Assembly (NCBI RefSeq): GCF_009914755.1
Contig: NC_060925.1
DNA length: 64,000 nucleotides
Direction: 5' to 3' (one strand)
DNA from: the human T2T-CHM13v2.0 reference genome, Homo sapiens
In this document: positions 12,085-25,612 of the stretch, in pieces
How positions within the stretch are numbered: the stretch's first letter is position 1
Layout: each line of letters starts with the position of its first letter
The notes under the pieces: model-generated
The model's input: only the letters and a program-made list of their open reading frames with translations
What the model was told of the DNA's origin: nothing
Databases searched by the model: none
Made by a program: the position numbers and the translations under genes

Positions 12085-13755
12085 GATGCGTTAATAAAAG
12101 AAAAATCAAAGATCCAATAGAGAGGATCAAAAAAGCCAAAAATGTATCTTCTAAAAGTCCAATAAAATTGATCCACTTTTGGTAAGATTAAAGGGAAAAA
12201 AAGGAGGCACAGATGAATAATATTATGAATACAAAAGAGGACACATCTGGAGAAGGAACTCTGTTTAAAAAGATAGCAAGAGACTATCATTAAAGCCTCT
12301 GTGCCAATAAATTTGAGGAATTAGGTGAGCTGCACACATTATCAGAAAAATGTAACTTAACAAAATGACAGAAGACATAAAAATCTTGAAGAACTTTTTA
12401 TTATTAAAGGAATTCAATCCAATTAAATCTTCTCACAAATAGAGCACCTGGTAAAGACATTTTCAGATAAATTAGATCAAATATTTAAGAAACAGGTAAT
12501 TTCAATCTTACACAAAACTTTTTCAAATAAGAGAAAAAGAGGAAAACTGCCCAACTCATTTTGTGAAGCTTGTTGTAGCCAAGATATTCTTAAAGAATTA
12601 TATTGAAAGGACTCACCACACCAGAAATCTTTCCTTAATATAAAATTAATCTAATAAGTAAATATGCTATTGGTACAGATATAAACACATAGCCCAGTGG
12701 AATGAAATACAGAGCCCCAAATAAACTCAGCCAAATATGGAAACCTGATATATAACAGAGCTTTTGTTACAGATTAGTGAGGAAAGATTAGACTGTTCAA
12801 TAAATAGTAGTGGTCCATTTGCCTATTCATAAGAAAAAGAAGATTATATCTCATACTACACAGTCATACAAAATCCATATAGCTCTAGAGAAAAATTTTA
12901 CAGTTTTAGAAAGAACTAGCAGAATAATTCGTGAACCCAAGGCAGAGAAGGATTTCTTAAACAAAATTTTTAAAATGCTAATTATGAAGAAAAGTAAAGA
13001 AATTTGACTATATTAAAATTAGGAACTTTTGAACATCAAAAGGAAACCCCAAAAAAGTAAAAAAGTCACAAATTCATAGACAATATTTACAATACATTAT
13101 GAACAAAAAGCCTAGAATCTAGAATATAAAAAGAACTCATATAAATAAACAACAGAAAGACAGACCATTCAATTTCTTAGAAGTAGGCAAAATGCATGAA
13201 TATGCATGTTCATATATTAAAAGAGGAAACAGGAATGGCCTGTCTGAATGTAAAAATGTTCAACTGCATTAATAACTAGGGAAATGCATATTAATATTAT
13301 GAATGAGATAAAATTTCACACACCCAAATTAGCAAAAAACAAAAACAAAAAACAGTTGGATAAATCCAAGTTTTGGAGAGATTGTGGAGTAATGGGAATA
13401 TAAATGGTACAGTGACTTCAGGAAACAGTTTTACATTACCTAATAATGTTGAGGTATAATGTTGAAAATACTTATAGCCTATAATGTAAAAATAAATTTA
13501 TTCTTTTATACTCTGGAGAAAATATTTAATGAATAAGCCAGGAGACATGAATAAACATGTTCATAACAGCAATTTCTGTAAAAACAAATAACTGAGAATA
13601 CCCAAATATCTATCAGTCAAAAGTAGAAAGTATGAATAAGTTGTGAAATAGTCATATAATGGAATTCCTTACTGCAATGAAAACTAATTAAGTAACATGT
13701 ATTGATAAGCAATAATTTAACAAAATAGTAAGCAGGAAAAGCAAGTCACAAAAAG

Positions 13756-13803
<48 letters not shown>

Positions 13804-14115
13804 TGCCATGTTTTTAAACCTCAACAAAAGCAAAACTAAACATCTCTTAGGGGCATATGCATAAATAGTAAAATTATAAAGAAAAGCAATGGAATAATAA
13901 ATATTTGGAAGGGAGGCAGGTGCAATCAGGAGGAGCCTATAATGGCTTCAACAACATCAACAGTATTCTATTTCTTAAACTTGATGGTGTACACACAAGT
14001 GTTTGTATTATCATTTGTTAAAACTACACACATGCATATATGCAAGAGTTATAGGGATGAAGTTGATTGATGTATTATTTTGTGTGTATTTATTTCAAAC
14101 GTAATAAATATAGAA
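12085..14115 (+). mobile_element. Old L1M (L1ME-like) with a large internal ORF2 deletion near 12570
   Basis: ORF2-like CAATAAAATTGAT, TGCCAATAAATTTGA, CCCAACTCATTTTGTGAAG jumping to the 3' ORF2/3'UTR. Confidence 0.75.
13757..13801. repeat. (TA)n microsatellite, about 22 units
   Basis: Direct read. Confidence 0.97.
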
Positions 14116-14358
14116 AGTAAGAGAGAAGATAAAAGTGTCAAGAATTTAGGATGTATTAATAGAAAGAAGATGTTAAGCTCAGGAGAACTTAGCAGGGCAC
14201 TTTGCACCAGGACCTGGATAGACAAAAACATGCCAATCAATGACTAAGGGCAGTAAAGAGGTGACAATGAGCATCAAGGTTATTTAGTCCTCTCGGAGAG
14301 CAATTTTGAACTGAAGCCAAAAAGGTGTTGAGTAAGGAGCTAAGACAGAAGTATCTAA

Positions 14359-14749
<391 letters not shown>

Positions 14750-15119
14750 TTAATTTCAAGAGAAATTGGCATCATCAACAGGAATTTGGGAATTCGGGAA
14801 CTCTTTCCTGTGGGAAAGCTGCATCAGAACACTGTTGCCTTTTAAGAATCCACTACAAACATTTCTATTCATAAGGGATCAAATTTTATGTTTATGTGGA
14901 CCTGGAGTGTATAAAACACATTCTCAAGATGGTCTTTTATAGAAATGAAGTAAATAGACTAAATAGTGATATGTGAGTTTTCTCCTCCAGAAGTAGTAAA
15001 ATAATCTTTCTATAAGGTTTTAGAGGACAGCACAAAAACACTTATTAGACGACCAAAGAGGGAAAATGAGTAAATCACAATCAGAATACTTTCATTCAAT
15101 GTTTATTTTCAGACAACTA

Positions 15120-15280
15120 TGTGAGTGAGTTTGAAGCTTGGCCCAGATGCTGAATAGACTCATGACCTTGGCAAAGTCACAGCATTTCTCTGTGCTCCAA
15201 TTTTCTCAACTGCAAAATACAGAGTTAGGCCTTTGCTTTCTTCAGTATTTTCTAGTTCTAACACTTCACAATGCTAAGAT
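15120..15280 (+). mobile_element. MIR fragment
   Basis: ATGACCTTGGCAAAGTCAC..TCTCTGTGCTCCAATTTTCTCAACTGCAAAAT core. Confidence 0.65.
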
Positions 15281-16544
15281 TCATAAATTTAATAATTCAA
15301 TTCCAATTGTGGTTTCCCTATTCATACAGAGAAGCTAAAAGAGAAAGATGCCCAAAAAAACTTTTACTTCCCCAAATTTCCCGTCTTTCAGTTTGGCTTA
15401 AAGAGACCTCCTCTCTATAGAAGAAGCATGTGCTGGCAGCCCAAAGGGCGATCATCTGCTAGCCTTTAAGTCCTGTCCACCTCTACAACATCACTGGAAA
15501 CTGGGTACTTTATTCCTAAAAAACATTTTTGGGACTGGTGCACTGCTGGCTCAGCCTACAGCAACTCTCCATCTAGAAAGTGCCCTTCCAAGTTAGCAAT
15601 AGAGGGCTCTTTGGTTTCAGTAAAGAATGCTTGAAGGTGAGGGTGAGAGTAACATATTTTTTTTTCTCTTTTACCACATGAATTTTTGTTTTTATGGCCT
15701 TCAGAAATGAAGCAATTTTTAACTTAAAAGCAAATATTTTTACTGCTCTTAAAATGCTAGCATTTGAAAACCAATATATACTTGCTGGCAAATAACATGG
15801 GAAATAGACATGCAGAGCCTTAATAATGATTGAATACATAAAGTATTTTTCTTTTGTTTTTATGTGACAGCTGGATGAGTTTCAACTTCCTGCTCACAGC
15901 ACAGGCTCTGAGCTTCTAAATCTGGGGGTTTTCCTTTTCCTATCCCCCGCCCCTCCCCATCTCCCCATCCCCTTCTTGCCTCCTCCTTCCTTTTTGGGAA
16001 AACACAAATGTTTTTGATTACATAATAGCTGCAAACTTTATATCTCCCACTTCAGTTGTTACACATCATAAACAGGGGAGTGAACTTCAGACTCCATTAA
16101 GACAAAGGTTGGTCTGGATTGTTGGGAGGCCTTTTATGTTGGTATGGTGCGGGGAAAACGTTTCTTTAGAAAAAGGAAATATAATAGGCCTGGCTAGAGA
16201 CTGCACTGACTACTAACCACTAACCACTCAGCCTAGAGAATGACAAAAACCTCAATTATGGTCAAGGCAAAAGTGAAGCCCGGAGTTCAGAACCAATACA
16301 GCTCCTGCAGGATTCACTTAACCTAATGGGAACTTAATATGTGGGAACCAATAAACATCAAAATGTTAAGCAAGGATAGAAAGAACCCGCATAAAAACAC
16401 TGAGCATTGTGCACACCATATTGATTCGAATTCTCTCTTCTTTAATCTGGAATTTTCTTTTACATTTTCATTTACAAATAAGCTTCTGTTATTGCCATAG
16501 TGCCCAAGTAAACAATTTGGAACCTGAAAGGGCAAGACAGCACT

Positions 16545-16845
16545 TCTCATTCAGCCATCTACAAGTATTTATTGAGCACCTACTAGGTACCAGGCACTGT
16601 TCTAAATTCTTTTGCTACTTCAGTGAAAAAAACGGACAAATGTCTTTACTGGAGAAGACAAAGGCAATTTTAAAAAGCAGCATGAATAAGTTTATTATAG
16701 AGTATTTTAGAAATGATAAGTGTTATGGAACAATAGAACAACAAAGAATTATGTGGGAATACTGGCTCAGGTAGAGAGATGTGATTTTAAATAGGGTGGT
16801 CAGTGGAGGCTATGTTAAAACAAAAGTGACGTGTGATCCAAGGCA
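16545..16845 (-). mobile_element. L2 3' end
   Basis: TATTTATTGAGCACCTACTAGGTACCAGGCACTGTTCTA. Confidence 0.75.
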
Positions 16846-16999
16846 ACGTTGAGTCATGGGAGAAGGGAGGATAGTGGTGTTTCCATATTTGAAAAAAATA
16901 ACTGTTGGATAACATCCTCGTTTTTATTGTTTCCTTGGTAAATTTTTATGCTATCTGTTTATGTGACTCCAAATGATTGTCTTTTTACCTTACTTGTGA

Positions 17000-17440
17000 G
17001 TACATTTAATTCAATGTAACACAGTCATTCTTTAGTGAGCCTCTACTATACACCCAGTACTGTTTTAGGTGTTGAGGGTGCATCATTAAGAAGAAAGGTG
17101 AGATCTTTGTGGTCCTGGAACTTCCATTCTAGATAGGAGAGGCAAACACATAAAAGAACAAGATGATTTCAGGGAGTGGTAAGGGTTATACAGAAATAAA
17201 TAGACTAACAGCAGGTAGCTGGAGGGACATCCCTTGATAGAGTGGTCAGGGCCAGACTCTCTGGCTTGGCCCTCAGATCTAAAGAAGATTATAGTGGACA
17301 GGTAAAGAGTTTTCCAAGTATAAAGAATAGGAAGTACCAAATCCATGAGAGTGAGAAGGGCAATCCATTGATCTGTTCTAGGAACAGAAGAAGGCCAGTG
17401 TAACCAGGGAAGGGAAAGTGGCAAGAGATCACAGTAGACA
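17000..17440 (-). mobile_element. L2 3' end
   Basis: GTGAGCCTCTACTATACACCCAGTACTGTTTTAGGTGTTGAG..GAAGGCCAGTGTAACCAGG. Confidence 0.65.
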
Positions 17441-17442
17441 CT

Positions 17443-17867
17443 TATTATGAGTTGAATTTTGTCCTTCAAAAAGATGTTGAAGCCCTATCCCCTGTGAGTG
17501 TGATTTCATTTGGAAATAGAGTCTTTGCAGATGATCCAGTTAAGATGAGTTCATTAGGACATGCCCTAACCCAGTATGATTGGTATCCTTATAAAAGGAA
17601 AAAGTTGGACTCAGACACATACACAGGGAGAATGCAGCGTGAAGATGAAGGAGGATATTGGGGTGATGCATCTATAAGCCAAGGAACTGCAAAGATTGCC
17701 AGCAACCACCAGAAGCTGCGGAGAGGCATGGAACAGATTCTCCCACATTGCCCTCAGAAGAAACTAACCCTACTGAAACCGTGATTTAGAACTTCTAGTC
17801 TCCAGAACTGTAAGCTAGTCACTCAGTTTGTGGTACTGTGTTACAGCAGCCCTAGCAAATGAATGCG
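17443..17867 (+). mobile_element. MaLR solo LTR MLT1C-like
   Basis: TTTGGAAATAGAGTCTTTGCAGATG, GATTGCCAGCAACCACCAGAAGC, GTTACAGCAGCCCTAGCAAA. Confidence 0.88.
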
Positions 17868-18194
17868 AACAAGGACAGATCCCTAGACATTTAGATTTTA
17901 GTATATGTTTAAATAGATCATACTGATGTTGCCATGTCGTCATGGCAGTGCAATCAAGGAGAGCCTGATGATTTCTCCCCGAAAGGTCAATAGAGCTTTA
18001 CTCTTTATCCATTAAAGACCAACCATCATACATAGGAGAGCTGACTTGATTTTTGAGTGTTGTTAACATTAGTATTTTTTAAAGTACCTTTTTGGATAGA
18101 GGTTTTAAAAAAACTAACATGCAAATTATGTAATATATAATTTAACCCCTTTTATGATTCGGAAGTATCCATTTCAGCTCACAAAAAATTTAAG

Positions 18195-19878
18195 CTCTCC
18201 CTCTCCCTCTCCGTCTCCCTCTCCCCACGGTCTCCCTCTCTCTCTCTTTCCACGGTCTCCCTCTGATGCCCAGCTGAAGCTGGACTGTACTGCTGCCATC
18301 TCGGCTCACTGCAACCTCCCTGCCTGATTCTCCTGCCTCAGCCTGCCGAGTGCCTGCGATTGCAGGTGCGCGCCACCACGCCTGACTGGTTTTCGTATTT
18401 TTTTTGGTGGAGACGGGGTTTCGCTGTGTTGGCCAGGCTGGTCTCCAGCTCCTAACCGCGAGTGATCCGCCAGCCTCGGCCTCCGGAGGTGCCGGGATTG
18501 CAGACGGTGTCTGGTTCACTCAGTGCTCAATGGTGCCCAGGCTGGAGTGCAGTGGTGTGATCTCGGCTCGCTACAACCTCCACCTCCCAGCCGCCTGCCT
18601 TGGCCTCCCAAAGTGCCCAGAGTGCAGCCTCTGCCCGGCCGCCACCCCGTCTGGGAAGTGAGGAGCGTCTCTGCCTGGCCGCCCATCGTCTGGGATGTGA
18701 GGAGCCCCTCTGCCTGGCTGCCCAGTCTGGAATGTAAGGAGCATCTCTGCCCGGCCGCCATCCCATCTAGGAAGTGAGGAGCGCCTCTTCCCGGCCGCCA
18801 TCCCATCTAGGAAGTGAGGAGCGTCTCTGCCTGGCCGCCCATCGTCTGAGATGTGGGGAGCGCCTTTGCCCCGCCGCCCCGTCTGGGATGTGAGGAGCGC
18901 CTCTGCCCGGCCGCGACCCCGTCTGGGAGGTGAGGAGCGTCTCTGCCCAGCCGCCCCGTCTGAGAAGGGAGGAGACCCTCCGCCTGGCAACCGCCCCGTC
19001 TGAGAAGTGAGGAGCCCCTCCGCCCAGCAGCCGCCCCGTCTGAGAAGTGAGGAGCCCCTCCGCCTGGCAGCCACCCCGTCTGGGAAGTGAGGAGCGTCTC
19101 CGCCCGGCAGCCGCCCCGTCCGGGAGGGAGGTGGGGGTCAGCCCCCCACCCGGCCAGCCACCCCGTCCGGGAGGGAGGTGGGGGGTCAGCCCCCCGCCCG
19201 GCCAGCCGCCCCGTCCGGGAGGGAGGTGGGGGGTCAGCCCCCCGCCCGGCCAGCCGCCCCGTCCAGGAGGTGAGGGGCGCCTCTGCCCGGCCACCCCTAC
19301 TGGGAAGTGAGGAGCCCCTCTGCCCGGCCACCACCCCGTCTGGGAGGTGTGCCCAACAGCTCATTGAGAAGGGGCCATGATGACAATGGTGGTTTTGTGG
19401 AATAGAAAGCAGGGAAAGGTTGGGAAAAGATTGAGAAATTGGATGGTTGCCGTGTCTGTGTGGAAAGAAGTAGACATGGGAGACTTTTCATTTTGTTCTG
19501 TACTAAGAAAAATTATTCTGCCTTGGGATCCTGTTGATCTGTGACCTTACCCCCAACCCTGTGCTCTCTGAAACATGTGCTGTGTCCACTCAGGGTTAAA
19601 TGGATTAAGGGCAGTGCAAGATGTGCTTTGTTAAACAGATGCTTGAAGGCAGCATGCTCGTTAAGAGTCATCACCACTCCCTAATCTCAAGTACCCAGGG
19701 ACACAAACACTGCGGAAGGCCGCAGGGTCCTCTGCCTAGGAAAACCAGAGACCTTTGTTCACTTGTTTATCTGCTGACCTTCCCTCCACTATTGTCCTAT
19801 GACCCTGCCAAATCCCCCTCTGTGAGAAACACCCAAGAATGATCAATAAAAATAAAAATAAAAATAAAAATAAAAATT
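18195..19878 (+). mobile_element. Full-length SVA retrotransposon (SVA_D/E-like)
   Basis: CCCTCT hexamers (18195-18225), antisense Alu-like region, GC-rich VNTR (~18620-19345), SINE-R (~19345-19850), AATAAA plus (TAAAAA)n tail; imperfect TSD AAATTTAAG/AAATTTGAG. Confidence 0.97.
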
Positions 19879-19879
19879 A

Positions 19880-20130
19880 AATTTGAGTGTGATGGGATGT
19901 AGGAGGCATTGGAAGTATAAAAATAAACGAAGCTGTGCTCTTGATTATCTTAGAGTCTGATGGAGAAGACAGATACATAAGAAATAGTATCAATCTTTGG
20001 CAGGGAATAGTAAGTAGAGGTATATATGGGCTCTATAGGAGCACAAATGAAGGACTCAGTGGTGTTTTTGTGGTGGAGCTGATACCTGAGCCAAGGACTG
20101 AAAGTGAATAACCATCTGCCAAAGAAAGAA
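19880..20130 (-). mobile_element. L2 fragment split by the SVA
   Basis: Joins with 18168-18194 to give an L2 tail-like CATTTCAGCTCACAAAAAATTTGAGTG..GGCATTGG; GGAGAAGACAGA. Confidence 0.5.
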
Positions 20131-21352
20131 GAAGCATCACTCCAGAAAAAAGGGAGAGCCTAGCACACCCATAGATGCACAGTCAGTTTCTGTGACTGGC
20201 TCCCCTAGAAACAAAAATGGTGACAGAGACCTGATGGCGAGAAGAGGGGCCTGGTCCCGAAGGTCCTCAGATGGCCAGCCAAGGCCCTTTACTGCTCTGT
20301 AGGCAGTGGGGATCCACTGGAGAGACGTAAGATGAGACGCACATTTGTCCGTGTATATCAATCAGAGCTCTTCGGTTGCAAACAGCTGAAATCAACCCCA
20401 ACTAAAAAGGAATTTTTAGAATTGAAGGAAAAGATGAAGAAACAGGACTTGGGAAGGATAATTTAAAGCAGCCCCAAGACGGAGATGGCAGGATGGTAGT
20501 GGATAGCCTCATCAAGGATGCAGCAGTTACAACTGTGTTCCTTGACAAAAAAAGTTATTTTGCCAAAATAACACATGTATAATACATGTGTACAAAACAT
20601 CAAATGATATTACAGCAATTATATTGTAATAATTAGGAAAAAATCCCATCCTGATTTCAACTCCAAAGAACTACTTTGAACCATTTTATCGACTTTTCTT
20701 TCTAAAATGTATTTCTGTATTTGTAAGTTTAAAAAATGCTTATTCTGCTAACCAGAATTAAGCATAAAAACATCATTTTGTCAGCCATATGGAGAATAAG
20801 TTAGGGAGAGTGGTGGAAATAGAAGTGGGAAGATTAGTTGGGAGGTTACTAGGGTAGTAGAGAAGCAATTGTGTCTTGCTTCTATGGCTCTGAATAACTC
20901 CAACATTTACACTATTTCCAAATAATGCACACTGTTTATTTTGAATATAAGCAAGATGGTTATGACAGGATGAAATGTTTATTTATCATAAATCAAGAAA
21001 TTAGGTCTATATCCAAAATAGTTGTAATGCAGGCAAAGCATGAATATATATTTTAGGGTTGAAAGAAATCCCTTTAACAGCAAAAGAAGTTTGGAATATA
21101 TGGTTTTCTATCTTGTTTACCAGCAGAAATGTGGGCTGAAAGCTTTCATTTATTGACTGGGTAAACTTTTCAAGAAAAATGAAAACAAGCCTTTAATTCA
21201 TATATTTAAACATGTTTAAAACACACACAAATATAAATATATATGCATGAAATATAAATATGTGTATATATCTGTATATATACAAAATATATCTATTTGT
21301 GTATATATATTTCGTATATATACACGTATTTGTATTTCATGCATATATATTT

Positions 21353-21653
21353 GAGACTGGGTAATTTATAAAGGAAAGAGGTTTAAATGACTCACAGTTC
21401 CACATGGCTGGGGAAAACTCAGGAAACTTAAAATCATGGTGGAAGGTGATTGCCATGCCTTCTTCACATGGCAACAGAAAAGAGAAATGAAGTGTGAGCA
21501 CAGGAGAATCTGCCACTTTTAACACCATCAGATCTTGTGAGACTCACTCACTTTCAGGAGAATAGCATGAGGGAAACCAGGTTCCTCCCTTGACACATGG
21601 GGATCACAATTCAAGATGAGATTTGGATGGGGACACAGAGCCAAATCATATCA
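21353..21653 (-). mobile_element. MaLR LTR MSTA/MSTB, one terminus missing
   Basis: GAGACTGGGTAATTTATAAAGGAAAGAGGTTTAA..GGGGACACAGAGCCAAATCATATCA. Confidence 0.88.
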
Positions 21654-21944
21654 TCTGTATACAATGTATATATATTATTTTCATAATCTACACCTTTGCC
21701 TTGATATATTCCTGAATTTTGGATCCCCAAACAATGTTAACCATTTAGATTCTGAAAGTCAGCACCAATCTGGATGACCACCGAAATTAATCAACCATCT
21801 GCTTCTGTAGGGTTTTGCTAGTGACAAACGGGGAAAAAAAGGACAACTGTGGTCCTAAGTTAGCCATTTCCTTATCTATTCTGCTAGACTTTTTCTTCTG
21901 AAGTCTTGATTATTTAAAACCTTATAAAGTTTTTGGACAAAATC

Positions 21945-22760
<816 letters not shown>

Positions 22761-22768
22761 TTAACATA

Positions 22769-23212
22769 CGAAAATCTCCCTTATCCATGGTTTCGCTTCC
22801 TGTGGTTTCATTTACCTGCAGTCAACCATAGTCAGAAAATATGAAATGAAAAATTCCAGGAATAAACAATACACAAGTTTTAAATAGCGGCCATTCTGAC
22901 TAGCATGATGAAATAGTGTAGCATCCCACTTCATCCCTTCTTCATAACAGGAAAAAAGATGAGTATAGTACAATAAGATATTTTGAAAGAGACCACATTC
23001 ATGTAACTTTTATTATAGTATATTATTTTAATTTAGTATTTTGTTATCCATTATTGTTATTAATTTCTTATCCTGCCTAATTTATAAATTATACTTTATG
23101 ATAATTTCCTATGTACAGGAAGGAACACAGTATATACAGGGTTTGATGACATCCATGGGTTCAGGCATCCATTAGGGGTCTTGGAACACAATCCTTATAG
23201 GGGTGATTACTT
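22769..23212 (+). mobile_element. MER44 (Tigger7-derived); right TIR interrupted by the L1 fragment
   Basis: CCCTTATCCATGGTTTCGCTTCC..; GGTTCAGGCATCCATTAGGGGTCTTGGAAC near the end. Confidence 0.85.
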
Positions 23213-24103
23213 CCAATACTATGTTGAATAGGAGTGGTGAGAGAGGGCATCCTTGTCTTGTGCTGGTTTTCAAAGGGAATGCTTCCAGTTTTTGCACATT
23301 CAGTATGATATTGGCTGTGGGTTTGTCACAAATAGCTCTTATTATTTTGAGATATGTTCCATCAATACCTAGTTTATTGAGAGTTTTTAGCATGAAGGGG
23401 TGTTGAATTTTGTCAAAGGCCTTTTCTGCATCTATTGAGATAATCAATTGGTTTTTGTCATTGGTTCTGTTTATGTGATGGATTCCATTTATTGATTTGC
23501 GTATGTTGAACCAGCCTTGCATCCCAAGGATGAAGCCGACTTGATCATGGTGGATAAGCTTTTTGATGTGCTGCTGGATTCGGTTTGCCAGTATTTTACT
23601 GAGCATTTTCGCATCAATGTTCATCAGGGATATTGGCCTAAAATTTTCTTTTTTTGTTGTGTCTCTGCCAGATTTTGGTATCAGGATGATGCTGGCCTCA
23701 TAAAATGAGTTAGGGAGGATTCTTTCTTCTTCTATTGTTTGGAATAGTTTCAGAAGGAATGATACAAGCTCCTCTTTGCACCTCTGGTAGAATTCGGCTG
23801 TAAATCCCTCTGGACCTGGACTTTTTTTGGTTGATAGGCTATTAATTACTGCCTCAATTTCAGAACTTGTTACTGGTCTATTCAGGGATTCGACTTCTTC
23901 CTGATTTAGACTTGGGAGGGTGTATGTGTCCAGGAATGTATCCATTTCTTCTAGATTGTCTAGTTTATTTGTGTAGAGGTGTTTATAGTATTCTCTGATG
24001 GTAGTTTGTATTACTGTGGGATCAGTGATGATATCCCCTTTATCAATATGTATTGCGTCTATTTGATTCTTCTCTCTTTTCTGCTTTATTGGTCTGGCTA
24101 GCA
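23213..24103 (-). mobile_element. Internal L1PA (PA6-8) ORF2 fragment covering the Z-domain and N-terminal RT, flanked by a 14-bp TSD, with no 3'UTR or polyA
   Basis: ORF 23172..24134 contains [47 protein letters not shown]; AGGGGTGATTACTT at 23199-23212 and 24104-24117. Confidence 0.95.
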
Positions 24104-24344
24104 AGGGGTGATTACTTATCTGAACATAGTACAAAGTTTTTGGAAAATAATTTAAAACATTAAACTCTATAACCTAAATTGCTATAGGGCATTGTTATAA
24201 ATATATCTCCAGCTAAAGTGGTTATTTAAAAATCATGATGGTATTATTATTTATCTAATACTTTCTGCTCAGTTAATTCTAATGTACACATTATTTTGAT
24301 ATACCACTTAGTAATTGATGTGTATTACAATTGTAATCTTATTA

Positions 24345-24842
24345 AATTAGAACTTGTGATGTCTGTTGTTCTCCACCTCACATCTTTACAGCCTTACCCC
24401 AGATTTGAGCCCAGGAGGCTTCCACTTACTTGGGCTGACAGTGTCTCAACTCAAGTGTGCTCTCCTTTTTCTCTCTGCCTTGGGGCTTCTCTGATGTCCC
24501 AGCATAGGATGCCAGCATGATACAGTCAGCAGGCATCCACGGACAGCTGATCTTTAAACAATGGTGGATGAGAAACCATATGTAAATACTTCTTCAGTTG
24601 GCCTTTGGGTGAACAATTCTCAGGGACATTCTATGTGCTTCTCAAAAGATCCTGGTGACATCAAGCCTTATTTACCCATAGAGTGACCAGCTTGGTGTGC
24701 ACTTTTGTTTTGGCTTTGTGTCTTTTTTGTTTTACTTTCTTGGTTCTCACCCTTGCTCCCTAAGACTATATGCTAAATAAAATGTTTTACAGAAATTTTT
24801 ACACACTCTGCTTTTGGAGGGGACATAGCCTAAAATAAGACA
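24345..24842 (+). mobile_element. ERVL LTR16-like solo LTR
   Basis: GCCTTGGGGCTTCTCTG, ACAATTCTCAGGGACATTCTA, AATAAA..CTCTGCTTTTGGAGGG..TAAGACA end. Confidence 0.7.
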
Positions 24843-25011
24843 GCTTTTGAAAGTTGTATTACACTTGAAGTACAAATTTTTCTCAAAGACAATGTTATAA
24901 ATTCTAAAACTTATAGCTAAGACACTGGCGTTTATCACTATTCATTTGTATTCCAATACCTTAGATATAAAATAGGCCTCCATTTAAAACTTCAGATAAC
25001 TATATTCAGGA

Positions 25012-25058
25012 CAGTGTTTTCCAAATCTGAGCGCACATTATAATGATCTAAGGTGATT
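25012..25058. mobile_element. MER5 left half (remainder at ~33712-33810), split by the L1 nest
   Basis: CAGTGTTTTCCAAATCTGAG..; right half CCAGGTGATTCTGATGCTCAGGCAAGTTTGAGAA. Confidence 0.6.
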
Positions 25059-25294
25059 TCACCATACTTCCCAAAGCAATTTACAGTTTCAATGCTATTT
25101 CAAATTACCAATGACATTCTTCACAGAACTAGAAAAAAACTATTTCAAAATTTATGTGGAACTGAAAAAGAGCCCAAATAGCCAAGGCAATCCTAAGCAA
25201 AAAGAGCAAAGCAGGAGGCATCATGCTACATAACTTAAACTACAGGGCTACAATAGCTAAAACAGCATGGAACTGGTACAAAAACAGAAACATA

Positions 25295-25612
25295 GTCTGG
25301 GTGCAGTGGCTCATGCTTGTAATCGCAACATTTTGGGAGGTCAAGGGCAGGTGGATTGCTTGAGTTCAGGAGTTCGAGACCAGCCTGAACAATCCGGCAA
25401 GACCCCACCTGTACTACAAAAAAATAGCAGGGCATGGTGACACGTGCCTGTGGTCCCAGCTACTTGGGAGACTGAGGTGGGGGGATCACTTGAACCTGGT
25501 GGGGCAGAGGTTGCAGCAAACCCAGATCATGCCACTGCATTCCAGGCTGGGTGACAGAGGGAAACGCTGTCTCAAAATAAAATAAAACCAAAAGCAAGAA
25601 CAACAAAAAAAA
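25295..25612 (+). mobile_element. AluJ
   Basis: GATTGCTTGAGTTCAGGAG and GGATCACTTGAACC diagnostics; TSD-like CAGA(A/C)ACATA. Confidence 0.9.

Noticed and set aside
18620-19345. Repeat array resembling CRISPR repeats and spacers
   Set aside because: It is the SVA VNTR: no unique spacers, no cas genes, primate DNA.
18190-19842. Many overlapping GC-rich ORFs of up to 185 aa
   Set aside because: They fall in the SVA Alu-like, VNTR and SINE-R regions; stop-poor repeats, not genes.
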